From: the human T2T-CHM13v2.0 reference genome, Homo sapiens
Length of the DNA: 64,000 bases
Reading direction: 5' to 3' (one strand)
Assembly: GCF_009914755.1 (NCBI RefSeq)
Contig: NC_060936.1
The notes beneath the pieces are model-generated. The model was not told the DNA's origin. It saw only the letters and a program-made list of their open reading frames with translations, and searched no databases. Of the stretch, positions 1-13,463 are shown one piece after another (positions within the stretch are counted from its first letter, which is position 1; each line of letters begins with the position of its first letter). A program made the translations under genes and the position numbers.

Positions 1-807
1 CTTTGAAGGAATGAGTCAAAAGGCAAAGTAAGCTTTAAAGGTGGTGGGGGAAGGAGCAAGAGCTGACTGACGTGAGCCCTGGGATCAGTTCCTGGGATCT
101 CCTGGTAGGCAAGAACCATCCTGGGGCTCCAGGTTGCCTGAGTGCCAAGGCACAGTCTAGAGCAGGCAAATCCAGGCTTCTCTGAGTCCAAAGCCCTCAA
201 CAGAAAAGTGGCAGTGCTGAGATTTGAACATAGGTCGCACTCATTCATTTATTCATTTAGCGTTTTCATAGATTTGTTCAATATTTTTTTTTGAGTTGGA
301 GTTTCAAAGGTTATCAGAGGATTCCCAGTGGAAGAGCAAGTATTTATAAACCAATAGTGTGCAATAAAATATCCTAAGTGCTTTGGGAGACCATATGTGT
401 GGGTCAGAAACAAGAGAATGGCTCCTTCTGCCCTGGGAGGAAGGGGAGGAGGGTCAGGAAGAGGGAACTCTTGATCTGAATTGTGACAGGTGGCTGACCC
501 TCCAGCCTACTTCACTCCATTGCATCCCCAGTGCTGGGGCATGGGCAAGTCACTTCATTTCTCTGAACCTCAGTCAGGTTCTTCACTTGTGACATGGGGA
601 TCCTCACCCCAAACTCACAGGGCAGCTCTGAGCATTGCAGAAGAGGAGGTGTGGGAAAGTACTGAGCAGCACCTCTGCAAATGCCATTTTCCATGCAAGA
701 TGCAGCTAAGAAAACTACTTCTCAATATGAGGATCACCCAGGCCTGAGGGAGCCCTGGCACAGGCTGCATGAGGACATGAGCAGGAGGGCACAGACAAGG
801 AGGAGTC

Positions 808-1030
808 AAGCTCTGGACTCAGATGGCTTCAATCCAAATCTTGGCTTTATTCCTTATTGATTATGTGACCTTGGGCAAGTTCCTGAACTCTTTGAGCTTC
901 AGTAACTTCATCCATGCAGCGTGAGTGATAATATTAATAGTTCTCACCTCTTGGTATTGTTATAAGAATGAAATGAGATAATTTAAGTGCCTGGTGCACA
1001 GTAAGCACTCGGTAGATGTCATTATTATTT
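808..1030 (+). mobile_element. MIR SINE
   Basis: MIR core TGTGACCTTGGGCAAGTT..CTCTTTGAGCTTCAGT and 3' end GTGCCTGGTGCACAGTAAGCACTC..ATTATTATT; boundaries approximate. Confidence 0.75.
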
Positions 1031-1169
1031 AGAAGGAACTCCTGGTAGAGGGAAAAATTATGTGACAAGGTTCCTATCCTCTACATGTGGATGACTATCA
1101 TTCAACAATCTAGGATTGGGTCCAAATGTTCGACACTTTAGATTTAGCGGGCTTTGTGTTTTGACTCAC

Positions 1170-1610
1170 TGGCTGCAGATATTGGCAATGCCTGACTCAG
1201 GTACCCTAGACTTTCTTCTCCATAGGCTGAAGGCTCTGTACTGGACACACCTGTGACTCCCTGCCTAAGAGGATGCAAACTTGGTCTGCACACCCGGCAG
1301 GCTGAATGTGCCCTTAGACACCATGACAGAAGAAAGCTGATGGATGAGCACCCCAACTTCCTTGCCTTCTTGCTGGGGTGTGATTCTGAGGCATTTCTAC
1401 AATGACCTTGCTAGTCACCCTGCAAGATTCAGTTCCAGTTTCCCATAGTGGTAACTAGCTGAACAACACACTCCTTATTACCTTCTTTCCCTTCTCTATC
1501 TTGGGCTCCCATTCCTCCACTAGTATACTCTAGGATCACCTCCTAAGTAAATTAACTGCACTGAAATCCTTCATTATGGGTCTGTTTCTGGGAGAACCCA
1601 AACCAAGACA
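1170..1610 (+). mobile_element. ERVL LTR, LTR16-like
   Basis: Ends in GGGTCTGTTTCTGGGAGAACCCAAACCAAGACA, typical of the LTR16 3' terminus; 5' boundary approximate. Confidence 0.55.
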
Positions 1611-2414
1611 CTCACTGGCATGTGCCTCTAAACAAGTTCAACACGGGCCAAATGAAGTGCAAGGTCATATAGCTACCTGCATATAATCACAACTGTCTAG
1701 ACAGCCAGTTCAGGCCCAAGCAGATTTTTGCTTGCTTGAGTTATTTGGGTTGGCTTGGCCAGGCAGTCCTGGACTCCCTCCAAAATTCTTCCAGCCCCCG
1801 CTTTCCTTTCGTCTCAGAGACTTAACCTCCGAAGCTGGCAGGCCTCAGATGGGAACAACACAGGATTCTGCGAAGGGTGAAATGTGGGCTGCTCCTGTGA
1901 GCAAGCACAGGATAGAAATGCAGCTTTTCTCTTGTTCTCAAAATGAAACACCAAGGCCCTCCCATCTGCTCTGAGTCCAGAGATGAGGCTCAAACAGTTC
2001 TCCGGAATCAAAGCCACTATCAAAGGTGAGATATCAACACAGAGTTGGAGATATGTATGGGAATGGGAGCAAGTCGTCACCACTTGGAAACACTAATAGC
2101 AGGTCCACCCTGGGGTCATTCACATCTGGCTCCCACGTTACTCTCATGACTATACAGCAGAGGTGATGTGATTCATGCATTTATTATGATGCCCAGGCCC
2201 TCGTGAAAAGTCTGCCAGCTGAGCAGATGGAAAGCACCAAATTCATCTCAAATTCAGAGGTGGGAAGGAGATTTAATCATAGCAGCCCTCCTCTTCTCAA
2301 TAGATCCCCTTTGAGAAGGAGCAGGGAGGAGCCAGGATCTCAACATTGCAGAACTAGAAATGAGAGGGCATGGATTTCAAGAGAAGACAGAAGCCATTGA
2401 GGTAGTAAAGAAAA

Positions 2415-2690
2415 GTGAGCATTTATTGAGGGCCTCACATGTGCTGAGCCTTGCGCTAAGTAAGCACATCATACACATGATTGTAGTTAGTCTCTCTCCC
2501 TTTCTCTCTTTCTCTCTCTGACTCGCTCTCTCTCTCTTTCTCTCTCTCCTTCTGTCTTTCTCTTTTGCATATATTATCCAGGTTTAGAGATGGGAAAATT
2601 GAGATTTAGAAAGGATAATTTTTTTGCCCAAGATCACTTGTGCAAAAAGAGGGTAAAAGAAATGAGGTTTGACCTAGGTGTAACTTACCC
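2415..2690 (-). mobile_element. MIR with internal (CT)n tract at ~2491-2563
   Basis: CATTTATTGAG..TGTGCTGAGCCTTG..GAAAATTGAG..TTGCCCAAGATCAC antisense MIR pattern. Confidence 0.6.
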
Positions 2691-3470
2691 TAAGTTTGTG
2701 TTCTTATCCATGGCACTTAGAAAGCCTGACTCATTAGAAAACCATGAATTGTGACCCTTCTGGTCCTCATTACCAGGTCTGGCAATAGACATTTGGGGGT
2801 AAATGTACCCCCTGTTAAGTACTAGCATGGAAGATACAAAGATAAATAAAAATGGGCCCTCCTTCCTTATTATCACTTTGATTTTTTTTCTTTCTGTGCC
2901 TTTTATCACCACATTCAATTATCCAACAAGCTTCTTTCACAAAGTCATCCAGACTTTGACCTTCCTTTTGACTTCCCGAGTCACCAGGTGATGGGTCCTC
3001 ATCACGTCTCCTCTGGGAGTGTCATGGCCTCAGCCACCTGGTGACCTTTCTGCCTTCAGTTTATTGGGATAACCTTTTGAACCATAACCTCTGCAATGTC
3101 ACCTGATAGGCAGAAGCTGACATCTATTCCCTCTGCTATCATTGGGACACACAGGGAGAGAGGACAGGATTGGGAAATGAGTGGCTCAGAATCTGGCCTT
3201 GCTCTGCCATTAACTGCTGGGTGACTTTGACCAAGTCACTTCTCTTTTGGGGCCTCAGGTTTTCATCTGTAAAATGGAAGAATGGGATTTAGGGGTTTGA
3301 ATTTCCTGGGAGTGTTTTATGGGCCTCTTTACAGGGTTTATTCATTCATTATTCATTAAGCCCCCAATATGTGCCAAGGATTGTTCTTAGCAACAGGGAT
3401 TGAGCAGTGAATAAAAACAGAAAAAGCACCTGCTTTTGCTAAGCTTACTTACTTTCTAATCAGGGAGACC

Positions 3471-3751
3471 AGCCAGGGTGGTGGCTCACACCTGGAATCC
3501 CAGCACTTGGGGAGGCTGAGGCAGATGGATCACTTAAGGCCAGGAATCTGAGACCAGCCTGGTCTGGCTGGTACAAAAATAGAAAAATTAGCCAGGTATA
3601 GTGGTGCATGCCCATGGTCCCAGCTACTTGGAAGGCTCAGATGGAAGGATCACCTGAGTCCAGGAGGTCAAGGCTGCAGTGAGTCGTGATCATGCCACTG
3701 CCCTCCAGCCTGGGTAACATAGTAAGATTCTGTCTCAAAAATAGACAGAAT

Positions 3752-3799
<48 letters not shown>
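3471..3799 (+). mobile_element. AluJ-type SINE with small internal deletion; tail converted to (GATA)12 at 3752-3799
   Basis: Two Alu arms with J-type GGAGGTCAAGGCTGCAGTGAG; flanked by GGAGACC(A) repeat at ~3464 and ~3802. Confidence 0.9.
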
Positions 3800-3800
<1 letters not shown>

Positions 3801-4029
3801 AGGAGACCAACAGTAACACATAATCTATTTCAGGTAATTGTCAGTGCTGAGAAGAATAACAAACTGGATAAGGACACAGGGAGACAGGGTGCTATGCTAA
3901 CTAGCTGGCCAGGGAAGGACTTATGGTGGTGTGACAAAGCCAGGCCTGAAGGCGGTGAGGGGCAGAGTCATGCAGGTGGGTAGGGTGGAATTCTCCAGGT
4001 AGAAGGAACAGCCTATGCGAAGGCCATCA

Positions 4030-4362
<333 letters not shown>

Positions 4363-5352
4363 AAGTAACAAGAAAGGGACCAGTGAGGGAAGTGGAGTCA
4401 CTTACAGCATGGCAGGGAATACTGTTAGAGACTTGATGAGGCACATGGTCATAGAGAGCTTGGAAACCCTGTAGGACTATTGGAACTCACCAGAGGGTTC
4501 GAAGGAAAGGAATGACAAGACCCAACTTAACATTTAAAAATGTAGCAATCGAGTGTAGATTATCAAGAGGGAATTAGGGAGATCAGTTAGAAAACTTTTG
4601 CAAAATCCAGATCAGAGAGGGTGGTGACCTGACCAGCATAAGAACTGTGGAAGAGAAATGCTCAAATGTGGAGTCACACTGGCAGGATTTGCTGATAAAT
4701 GGAATGTGGAGAGAAAAGGGAGGCAAGGCTTATGGCCTGCAAAGCTAGAAAAATTAATTGCCATTTACAGAGATGCGAAATTCTGGGAGGAGGAGCAGGT
4801 TTGGGGGGCGGTAAGGAGTTTGGTTTTGAACACTTTAAGTTCAATAGCTAGTAGACATGTGATGTAATAGTAGACATGTGTAGCTAGTAGACATTTGCTT
4901 TATAAGTCTAGCATGCTGAGAAGCTGTCTGAACTGGAGAAAGAAATTAGTGGCTCATCAGCATTAGGGATGGTGTTTAAGTGGTGACACTGACTGAGCTT
5001 AAGTAGGGAATAAGTATGCATAGCAGACTGGGCTATGGATCACAACAGCATTTAATGACAGGGAAGAAGGGAGAACCCAGTAAAAGAGGCTGAGGAGGAA
5101 CAACCTGCAAGATAGAAAGAAGATTGAGAAAGGGGCATCCTAAACTAAGGGGACAAGCCTTCAAAGAAGAGGATGTGATGAGCCGTAGCCAATGCTGCTA
5201 ACAGGGCAAGACGGAGGAGGACTGAGAAGTGACCACTGGATTTGGTATCATGAGGGCCATTGATTGCCTTTTAAGTGTGATTTCAGTGAACTGGAAAGTT
5301 GTGAAGAAGGCTAAGTGTGCAGAGCTCTGACCCCTTCCTTGGTCCCCTCCAG

Positions 5353-5618
5353 CCAGTGGCAAAATCTTGGCTCACTGCAACCTCCGCTTCCTGGGTTAGA
5401 GCGATTCTCCTGCCTCAGCCTCCTGAGTAGCTGGGACTACAGGTGCACGGCACCACACCTGGCTATTTTGTGTGTGTGTGTGTGTGTGTGTGTATTTTAG
5501 TAGAGACGGGGTTTCACCGTGTTGCCCAGGCTGGTCTCGAACTCCTGAGCTCAGGCAATCTGCCTGCCTCAGCCTCCCAAAGTGCTAGGATTACAGGTGT
5601 GAGACACCATGCCTGGCC
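5353..5618 (-). mobile_element. AluS-type SINE lacking 3' end and tail, with (TG)n in the central linker
   Basis: Antisense Alu ending CACCATGCCTGGCC; (TG)12 at ~5469-5493 replaces the A-rich linker. Confidence 0.92.
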
Positions 5619-5832
5619 AAGTTTTATCAAAAGAAAATAGATCCTCAATAATCTGGACACCAAGAGAAGAATGGAGACTTTTCTACCTCAATGTGAGTTG
5701 TAGAGGAGAGAGGAAGTTTCAGTCCTCCAGACCTTCAGACCACCTGGTCCACCATCCTTAGGAGACTAGATGAGAGGCAGCTGGGCTAGGGTAGGCTGAA
5801 GGAAGAGGTCAGGGTGGGATCTTGAAGGATGC

Positions 5833-6195
5833 TGTATTAGTCTGCTCTCACACTGCTAATAAAGACATACATAAGACTAGGTAATTTATAAAGAAAAAGG
5901 TTTAATGGACTTACAATTCCGCATGACTAAGAAGGCCTCACAATCATGGCAGAAGGCAAAGGAGGAGCAAAGGCACATCTTACGTAGCGGCAGGCCAGAG
6001 AGCGTGTGTAGGGGGAACGGCCCTTTATAAAACCATCAGATCTCGTGAGACTTATTCGCTATCACAAGAACAGCATGGGAAAAAGCCGCCCCCAAGATTC
6101 AATGACCTCCACCTGGGTCCCTCCCATGACACGTGGGGATTATAGGAGCTACAATCAAGATAAGATTTGTGGGGGGACACAGCCAAACCATATCT
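5833..6195 (-). mobile_element. THE1 (THE1C/D-like) MaLR solo LTR
   Basis: TGTATTAGTC...GGACACAGCCAAACCATATC termini; perfect 5-bp TSD GATGC at 5828-5832 and 6196-6200. Confidence 0.95.
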
Positions 6196-6734
6196 GATGC
6201 CTTTGGGGTGTTAAATAAGAGGAAACCTTGCTGGTAAGATAGGGTACACAGAAAAGCACACAGAGGGAACCGGAGCTCAGAATCCAGAGGCTGGCAGGCA
6301 CCAGGGAGCTTTGTGGGAGCCAAGCTATAGCCTGCAACTCATCTGTTTCAATTGCATTAGCAACACATACCACCATCACCTGGGAGGAACCACATAGCTG
6401 CTCTGTCTGATGAGCTTTTGCCACCACCTATCTTACCAATTTTGTTGGATTTTCCAGCTGAAAAGATTCCTGCTCATGCTCTTAAAATTTTGCAGCTCTG
6501 ATCCTCACTACCCAATTGGACACACTGCTTTTTAATGACTCAGGACACTTGTAAATCCCCTGAAACAGCATGGGTGAGAAGGTGGTGCTCTTGATACCCA
6601 ATGGGACCAGGAGATATAGATGAGAAATTCTCCAGCAGTAGCACCTGGATTGAGTTGGACAATGATGAGAGTCACCTCAGATACAAGAGATTTTATTTGA
6701 GAAAATATTTTTGATCTTAAAAGTGTTTAGGAAG

Positions 6735-8435
6735 ATTCTGGTTTCAGCTTCAACATGTAAAGAGCTTAGAAGTTGTCACTCCCATCCTCACAATGAGAAA
6801 AAAGATGAAAAAACTGAAAAGCAATTATTTTTCTTAGACCCATCAGAGATCTGAGATTACAGAGGAAACCACCACCCTGAAATCTGGAGAGTTCTTAGGA
6901 AGCCCAAAGACAATAGAAAACCCAAAACAAGGACAAGAGAGACGAATTTGAAGCCTGTGGCACCCACAGATACAGCAAACATTAAACGCAGTCCAACATG
7001 TAGCCAGGTTAACATACATCCTCACATTAGAGGCCTATTTACCTTTGTTCCTATTACCAGATACAACATATTCAGCTTTCTACAAAAAATTGCAAGGCAT
7101 TCTAAAAGTCAAGGGGAAACAGTCTGAAGAGTCAATCTGAGCAGCAAAACCAGACTCAGCCATAACACAGATTTTGGAACTATCAGCCACATGATCAAGG
7201 CCAACGTCAACAGTGATGTTGAGACAGAGAGTTCCCTGGACCCCTTCGTGGGACTTGTGACAGGGGTGGGGCTTTCTTACTCGGCCACTGTGCTCAAACT
7301 CCTTGCAGGAGCGGGAGCAAGTAGGTGGTGGGTGCCGGGGCCGGGGCAAGTAACTTTTGGCCTCTGGCCCCATGGTAGCACCTAGGGGTGTGTTACAATT
7401 AATGCTCTTTTAGCAGTTGCTGTCCACAGATAGCTAAGTATTAACCAGCTCAGTGGAGAGTCGGGGTGACAGCCTTTTACACTCTGCCCTTTTGGTACCA
7501 GTTCCTTGTCCGGTGTCCAGGAAGAATCAGGTCACAAAGACTTGAAGGATGGTGAATGTGGAGGTTTTTTTGAGTGATGGAGGTGGCTCTCAGCTGAATG
7601 GGGCACTGGAAAAGGGATGGAGTGGGAAGTCAATCTTCCCCTGGAGTTAGGCCATCCCTGGCCGAACTCCTTTCTGACCATTTAGCTGTCTCTTCAATGT
7701 TCAGGCACTTATTTTCTCTCCTCTACTGTGCTGCTCTGCTCCTCTGCCAGTGGAGTTTAGGTTTTTTATGGGTACAGGATGGGGGCGTGGTGGGCCAGGG
7801 TGGTTTTGGAAAAAGCAACATTTGGGCAGGAGAATATGGGTGTGAAGTTCTCATTTAGGACGGCAGGCTGAGGCTCGTGGGTGGGGCCTTTGCTGAGGAA
7901 CCGTTCTCTCCTATCCGGTATTTCCCTGCTTCCTGTCCGTATCAATAGTAGGTACCCTTGATATGATGTGATGAAAATGATACTTTACCTCTGTGGTCTT
8001 CATCCCAAGAACAGATCGCTCCAGTCTAATCTGAGGAAAACATCATCTATAACCATACTAAGGGATGTCCTCCACAATATCTGCCCGGTACTCTTCAAAA
8101 CTGTCAAAGTCACCAAAAACAAGAAAAGTCTAAGAATCTCTATCAAGAGGAACCTAAGGAGATGTGACTATTAAATTAATGTGACATCCTAGATGGAATT
8201 CTGGAACAGAAAAAATACATTAGGTAAAAACTAAGGCAATCTGAATAACAATCTGAATAAACTAAGTTAATAATAGTTTATGAACCGTGATTGATTAATT
8301 GTAACAAATGCACCATAATAATGTAAGATGTTAAAAATAGGGAGAATTGGTGTGGGGTATATGGGTACTCTCTGTACTATCTTTACAATTTTTCTGTAAA
8401 TCTAAAACTGTTCTAAAAATGAGATCTCTTCAAAG
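6735..8435 (+). mobile_element. Old L1M/L1MC fragments (5' region, then 3' end), interrupted by an ERV1 LTR
   Basis: L1MC-type 3' end GTACTCTCTGTACTATCTTTACAATTTTTCTGTAAATCTAAAACTGTTCTAAAA; 5'-region-like sequence at 6735-7190. Confidence 0.65.
7220..7944 (-). mobile_element. ERV1 solo LTR (MER52/LTR27/LTR28-like)
   Basis: Reverse strand begins TGATACGGACAGGAAGCAGGGAAATAC..AAAGGCCCCACCC and ends ..GTCTCA; GC-richer than the flanks. Confidence 0.75.
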
Positions 8436-8610
8436 AAAAAAAATGTTTTGCAGCACCTGGGCTATTCATCACCAAGGTGTCTGTAGCGCTAATAAACTAA
8501 GGGTTTTTTTTGGTTTTGTTTTAACTGTTCCATCTAGGGAACCCAGAGGCCCAACTTATTCCTTGGTCCACTGTATAAATACAAAAAATTGAAAACCCTG
8601 GGTGAAAAAA

Positions 8611-8670
8611 GATGTGGGCAAGGATGTGAGCAAGATGTGAGCAAAAAGATGTGAGCAGGATGTGAACAAG
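8611..8670. repeat. Degenerate minisatellite, 5 copies of ~GATGTGAGCAA
   Basis: GATGTGGGCAAG GATGTGAGCAA GATGTGAGCAAAAA GATGTGAGCAG GATGTGAACAAG read directly. Confidence 0.85.
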
Positions 8671-8729
8671 AATGAAAAGGCTGCCAAAATTGATTTTCAA
8701 AAGACAGAAAATTGTGATGCTTAAGAGCA

Positions 8730-8910
8730 CAGTCTCTACTATTGATTAGCTGAGTGACCTTAGGCAAGTTATTCAACCCCTCTAGGCCTCAGTTTTCTCA
8801 TCTGTAAAATGGTGATAATAACAAGAGTATCTAGCTCTCATAAGACCATTATCAGGATTAAATGATACAATGTATGATGGTTACAACAGTCTCTTGGGAC
8901 ATGCAAAGTA
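8730..8910 (+). mobile_element. MIR SINE
   Basis: GTGACCTTAGGCAAGTTATTCAACCCCTCTAGGCCTCAGTTTTCTCATCTGTAAAATGG core. Confidence 0.8.
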
Positions 8911-9099
8911 CTATAATATAATATTATATATTATATATATATAAATGTGGAATAAACAAAAGGTAATTATCTGAAATTAGCAGTCTATGTGGAAGCTGTA
9001 GGGTCTGTGGCCAGAATATGGTAGTTATTGTACTATCTGTATTTCCATTAAGAAAAAAACAAAAAGCACAGACAAATCCCCATGACTTTCTTTTTTTAA

Positions 9100-9408
9100 T
9101 TTTTTTGTTTGTTTGTTTTTGAGACAGAGTCTCGCTCTATCACCCAGGCTGGAGTGCAGTGGCACGATCTCGGCTGACTGCAAGCTCCGCCTCCCAGGTT
9201 CACGCCATTCTCCTGCCTCAGCCTCCTGAGCAGCTGGGATTACAGGCGCCCACCACCACCACTCCGGCTAATTTTTTTTTTTTGTATTTTTAGTAGAGAC
9301 AGGGTTTCACCGTGTTAGCCAAGGTAGTCTCGATCTCCTAACCTTGTGATCCGCCCACCTTGGCCTCCCAAAGTGCTGGATTACAGGCGTGAGCCACCGC
9401 ACCTGGCC
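9100..9408 (-). mobile_element. AluY-type SINE
   Basis: CTGCAAGCTCCGCCTCCCAGGTTCACGCCATTCTCC and CCGTGTTAGCC Y-type diagnostics. Confidence 0.92.
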
Positions 9409-9415
9409 TTTAATA

Positions 9416-9538
9416 TTTGTTTTGAAATGGAGTCTTGCTATGTTGTCCAGGCTGGCCTCAATTCCCAGGCTCAAGTGGTCCTTTTACCTCAGCATCCCAT
9501 GTAGCTGGGCCTACAGGCATATAACACCACACCCAGCT
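9416..9538 (-). mobile_element. Alu monomer (FLAM/FAM-like)
   Basis: GAGTCTTGCTATGTTGTCCAGGCTGG..GTAGCTGGGCCTACAGGCA..CACCACACCCAGC single arm adjacent to the AluY. Confidence 0.75.
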
Positions 9539-12029
9539 TAAATTTTTCCTGAAGATTTATTTACTACCAAGTGAGAAAATTTTATTTGTCTGACATTGTA
9601 CTAATCATTTTGCATGTATTTAATGCATTTTGTTAAATACACACAAAGCTCCCATTTTCTGATACTTTCATTTATTTTCCTTTTTTAACAACTGGGAATG
9701 TCTATTCAGCCCATACTGAAACTACCTGGACTGCCCACTGAAACTGGACTGCTCCAAAATGCCCATCCTTCCCTAGTTCAAGCACATCCTGCAGCTGAAC
9801 CATGAGGCTACCAAGGGAAAAATGTGTTTTCAGCTTCATTCTGTCGTAATCCAACAGTAGCACTTTTTGAGGAAAGCTTATTTCCAGGCTCCTGTGTCCT
9901 TTCCTCTTCTCTTTGAGCCAGTTTTGCCTCTCCTATCCTAGGAATGAAGTGTCATAGCCGGTGAGGTTGCCCAGATTACATTCTGATGATGTGTGGGGCT
10001 CAGAAAGCTGGAAATGAAGAGCAGGGCGGAATGACTTTGCCTGCCCAGCTTCTCTTCCTTACAAGCCTGTTGCCTGCCGCTGTGGCCATTTTTCCAACCA
10101 TGAGCTTCAGCTGAGAATCTTCCATCCTCAGGTGTCAATTTATTTTCCTAAGTTGGAGGCTTGGTCTTGGTGTCTGGAAAGCAATTTGGATGTTCATGGT
10201 GGCTAAAGCTATCCAGTGGAAACATAAGTCACCATCGAGTAATGAGACCAGACTATTGGGTGTCTCATATCCCGGCTGCAAATGCAGATGCCAAAGAGTT
10301 CAGGAAAGATTTCAACACAGGCAGTATTGTTGGAATAAGTGACAGTTGCCATGATGACTTAGGGGCCAACACCTATTTGGATGTGTGAGATCTGGTGTTT
10401 TAAAACATCAGTTTCATTATTTATTGATGGACCTGATGCTTCCAATATGGTTGATGGGGGAGTTGAATCCTAGGAGCACCATAGCAACATATTGCTTAAT
10501 TCTCTATCATTCTGTTATTTATCTTCCTAGGACTGGCTCAACAAATGGTCCCAATTCTTAACTAATTTTATTCTTCTTGAAGGAGCAACACTTGTATTTC
10601 TTAATCACCGTTATGGCCTGGATTCATGGCAAAGTCCACTTAATTCTGCCTCCTAATTACTATCATATCTACCCTTTCCATCACCATCTTAGCTCCTATC
10701 TCAGGCTCTCCACAGATTTTTTTTCTATGCTAATGTAATCTTTTCCTTATTAGTCTTCTCTGTGGTTAGCCTCACTGCTGTCCTCAACCCAATGCATTCT
10801 TCATCTTGCATACAAAGTGACATTTTACAGATACATCAGAAATACATACTAATATTTTATTTATATAATTAATAAACGCTGATGCCTCTTAAAGTGTAGG
10901 AAGATCTTTCTTTGGCAGGTCTTTCTTTGCTGAGTAAAGTGATGGGAATGGAAGTGCTAGAATAGCGCTCAATTGTTCTGCATGAGAAAGAGGAAGAGAT
11001 AGAGGGATGGGGAGCAAGGAAGCATGATTCCTGAATAAAGACCTAGAGTCAGAGGAAATTACAGGCTTGGAAGGGAGAGGACGCAGAGAAAGATGGGGAC
11101 TCAGCTAGGAGCCAAAGGAGGGAATGAGGAACGGGGATTTGAGGAGTGTCATTCTGTACACCCTGAAATCTGACTTCCTCCCCAATCTGACACATGAAAC
11201 TTCCAGTTTCTGTAGTGACGTAGAAATCTCTACATTGTACAAATGTAGAGAAAAATCTTCATTTTTCACTAATGTATTGTTGAGGAGATTGTTCTTTTGG
11301 GGAAATGAGTGGAAGCACCATGTCACGCTACAAGAACGGTGGGAAGCAAACCAACACCAAGACAGGATACAGAGTTGACCAATCTGTGTAATGCACACAT
11401 CCAATCCCTGCTCCTCTGACAAAGTCTCCTATGGATTCCCATCCTCGATAAGTGGGAGCGGGGGCCTGAAACATTTTAGCATGGAATACCAGATCCTTCC
11501 TGATCTAGTCTATACATATCTGTCCAACTGTATCTTGTAAGCACCTCTTCTCAGTCTCACATACACACACATACATCCTTTATACACTAGAGCAATACAA
11601 GGACTACAAGGAAGGTATATCCTATTTCACCCTGCTAGACTATTCTTTCCCCACTCTTATTCAGTTGGAAAATGCCTCCTTCTCCTCCCTCAAGCAGATT
11701 TAGGTACTCCTTCCCCTGGGCTCTCATTTTACCTTGAAAGGCATACACTTTTGTTTTATCATCACACTGTTTTGTAATTGTATATTCACGTGCCCATCTC
11801 CCTAACATGACCATAATCTCCTTGAAGCCACATGTAGTTTTATCCTATGAAAAACTTCTAGCACCTAGCAAAGGATTAGGCATTTAGTCTGATGTTTGGT
11901 GAGTACATTTACCTTCTAAGGCTTGTAAGTGTTATAGAGGAGCTACCAAAGAAAAACTGACAAGAGGAAAAATTGGTCTTCTAAAAACTTGCCCAATATT
12001 TACAGTTTCTCTCATCATGAAGACTGTTA

Positions 12030-12370
12030 CTTTGGTGATCCTCAATAAACCATGACTCCTAGCGTTCCAACTCTTGTGCCAGCCTTCCCAACGTTGCCTC
12101 TGGTCTTGGCCATGTTAGCTTTGGCCACTGGAATATTGGCAAGGATGAAGACAGCAGACGCTGGACCAGTGCTTGTATACTGGGTTTGTCCACTTGGAGT
12201 GCTCTTTCTTGGAACCCAGATGCCATGTTCCGTGTAAGTCCAAGAAGCCATGTGAAGAAAAGCCAAAGCCCCTGGATGATAGTCCCAGGTGAGCATCCAG
12301 CTGAGGACCACCAACAACTTTGACGCTCACAGTCATCAAAATCATCCTTGGCTAAAACCATTGTATGTCT
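12030..12370 (+). mobile_element. MLT1-type MaLR LTR fragment
   Basis: TTGGCCATGTTAGCTTTGGCCACTGGAATATT..TCTTGGAACCCAGATGCCATGT MLT1-like motifs. Confidence 0.5.
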
Positions 12371-12847
12371 CTCTTAAAAGCCATATTAAAGGCATATTAA
12401 AGGTTTAACTGTATTGATAAAATGCCACTGCCCATGGAAAAGAATGAAACCTCCTTTACAAAAGAATCATTACAATTGCCAAAAAAAATCTGAAACTCAT
12501 TTATTCATTGGAGATGTTATGGTGGAAGCCTTTTATTAGTTAATGCATCTCTATATTGAGATTACAAGCACATCGTACGATCGCTGGGGAGAGGTATGGG
12601 TCCAATTAGTGAAGGGGGTGAATTCTCACAGGAGAAAAGAAAGTGATAGGGGGCCGAGCTGTTCAGGTGGTGGTTCCTACATGACCATAGTCCCATTTCC
12701 CTTATCGGCATCCTCATTTTCTGGTATTTCAACATGGATTCGAGTGTTTTGAAAAAAAAAAAAAAAAAAAGAACATTATAGAAAGAGCAGGCTCAAGAAT
12801 CACAGTCCAAGTCTGGGCACAACTACATGGAGCAGCTATAAGGGTTT

Positions 12848-12902
12848 CATACTAGTCAAGGTTCTCCAGAGAAACAGAGCCAATAGGATGGGTGGATGGA
12901 TG

Positions 12903-12958
<56 letters not shown>

Positions 12959-13463
12959 TTGGTAAATATATAGATAATGATGGATAGATAGATAGATAGA
13001 TGTTGGTAAATATATACATACTGATGGGTAGATAGATAGAGAGACAGATAGGTTTAGTATGAGAAATTAGCTCACATGATTATGGAGGAGGAAGAAGACC
13101 CATAGTCTGCCATCTGTAAGCTGGAGACCCAGAAAAGATGGTGGTATAGTTAAGTCCAAGTCCAAAGCCCTAAGAACCAGGGGACTCAATGGTGTACATC
13201 TCAGTCCAAGGGCAGGAAAAGAACAATGTCCCAGATCAGTCAATCAGGAAAAAGGAACCTATTTTCCCTTCCCCACCTTTTGTTCTATTCAGGCCCTCAT
13301 GACTTGGATGATGCCACCCACTTTGGGGAGGGTAATCTGCTTTAGAGTTTACCAGTTCAAGTGCTAATATCCTCCCTCACATACATGCCCAGAAATAGTA
13401 TTTAGCCAAATATCTGGGTACCCCACATTTCAGTTAAGTTGACACATAAAATTCACCATCACA
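12848..13463 (-). mobile_element. MLT2 (ERVL) solo LTR with internal (GATA)14 at 12903-12958
   Basis: ..TAGTCAAGGTTCTCCAGAGAAACAGAGCCAATAGGA and AAGTTGACACATAAAATTCACCATCACA termini; near-TSD GGTTT/GATTT. Confidence 0.88.

Noticed and set aside
8611-8670. Functional repeat array of GATGTGAGCAA
   Set aside because: Short, irregular and consistent with simple slippage.
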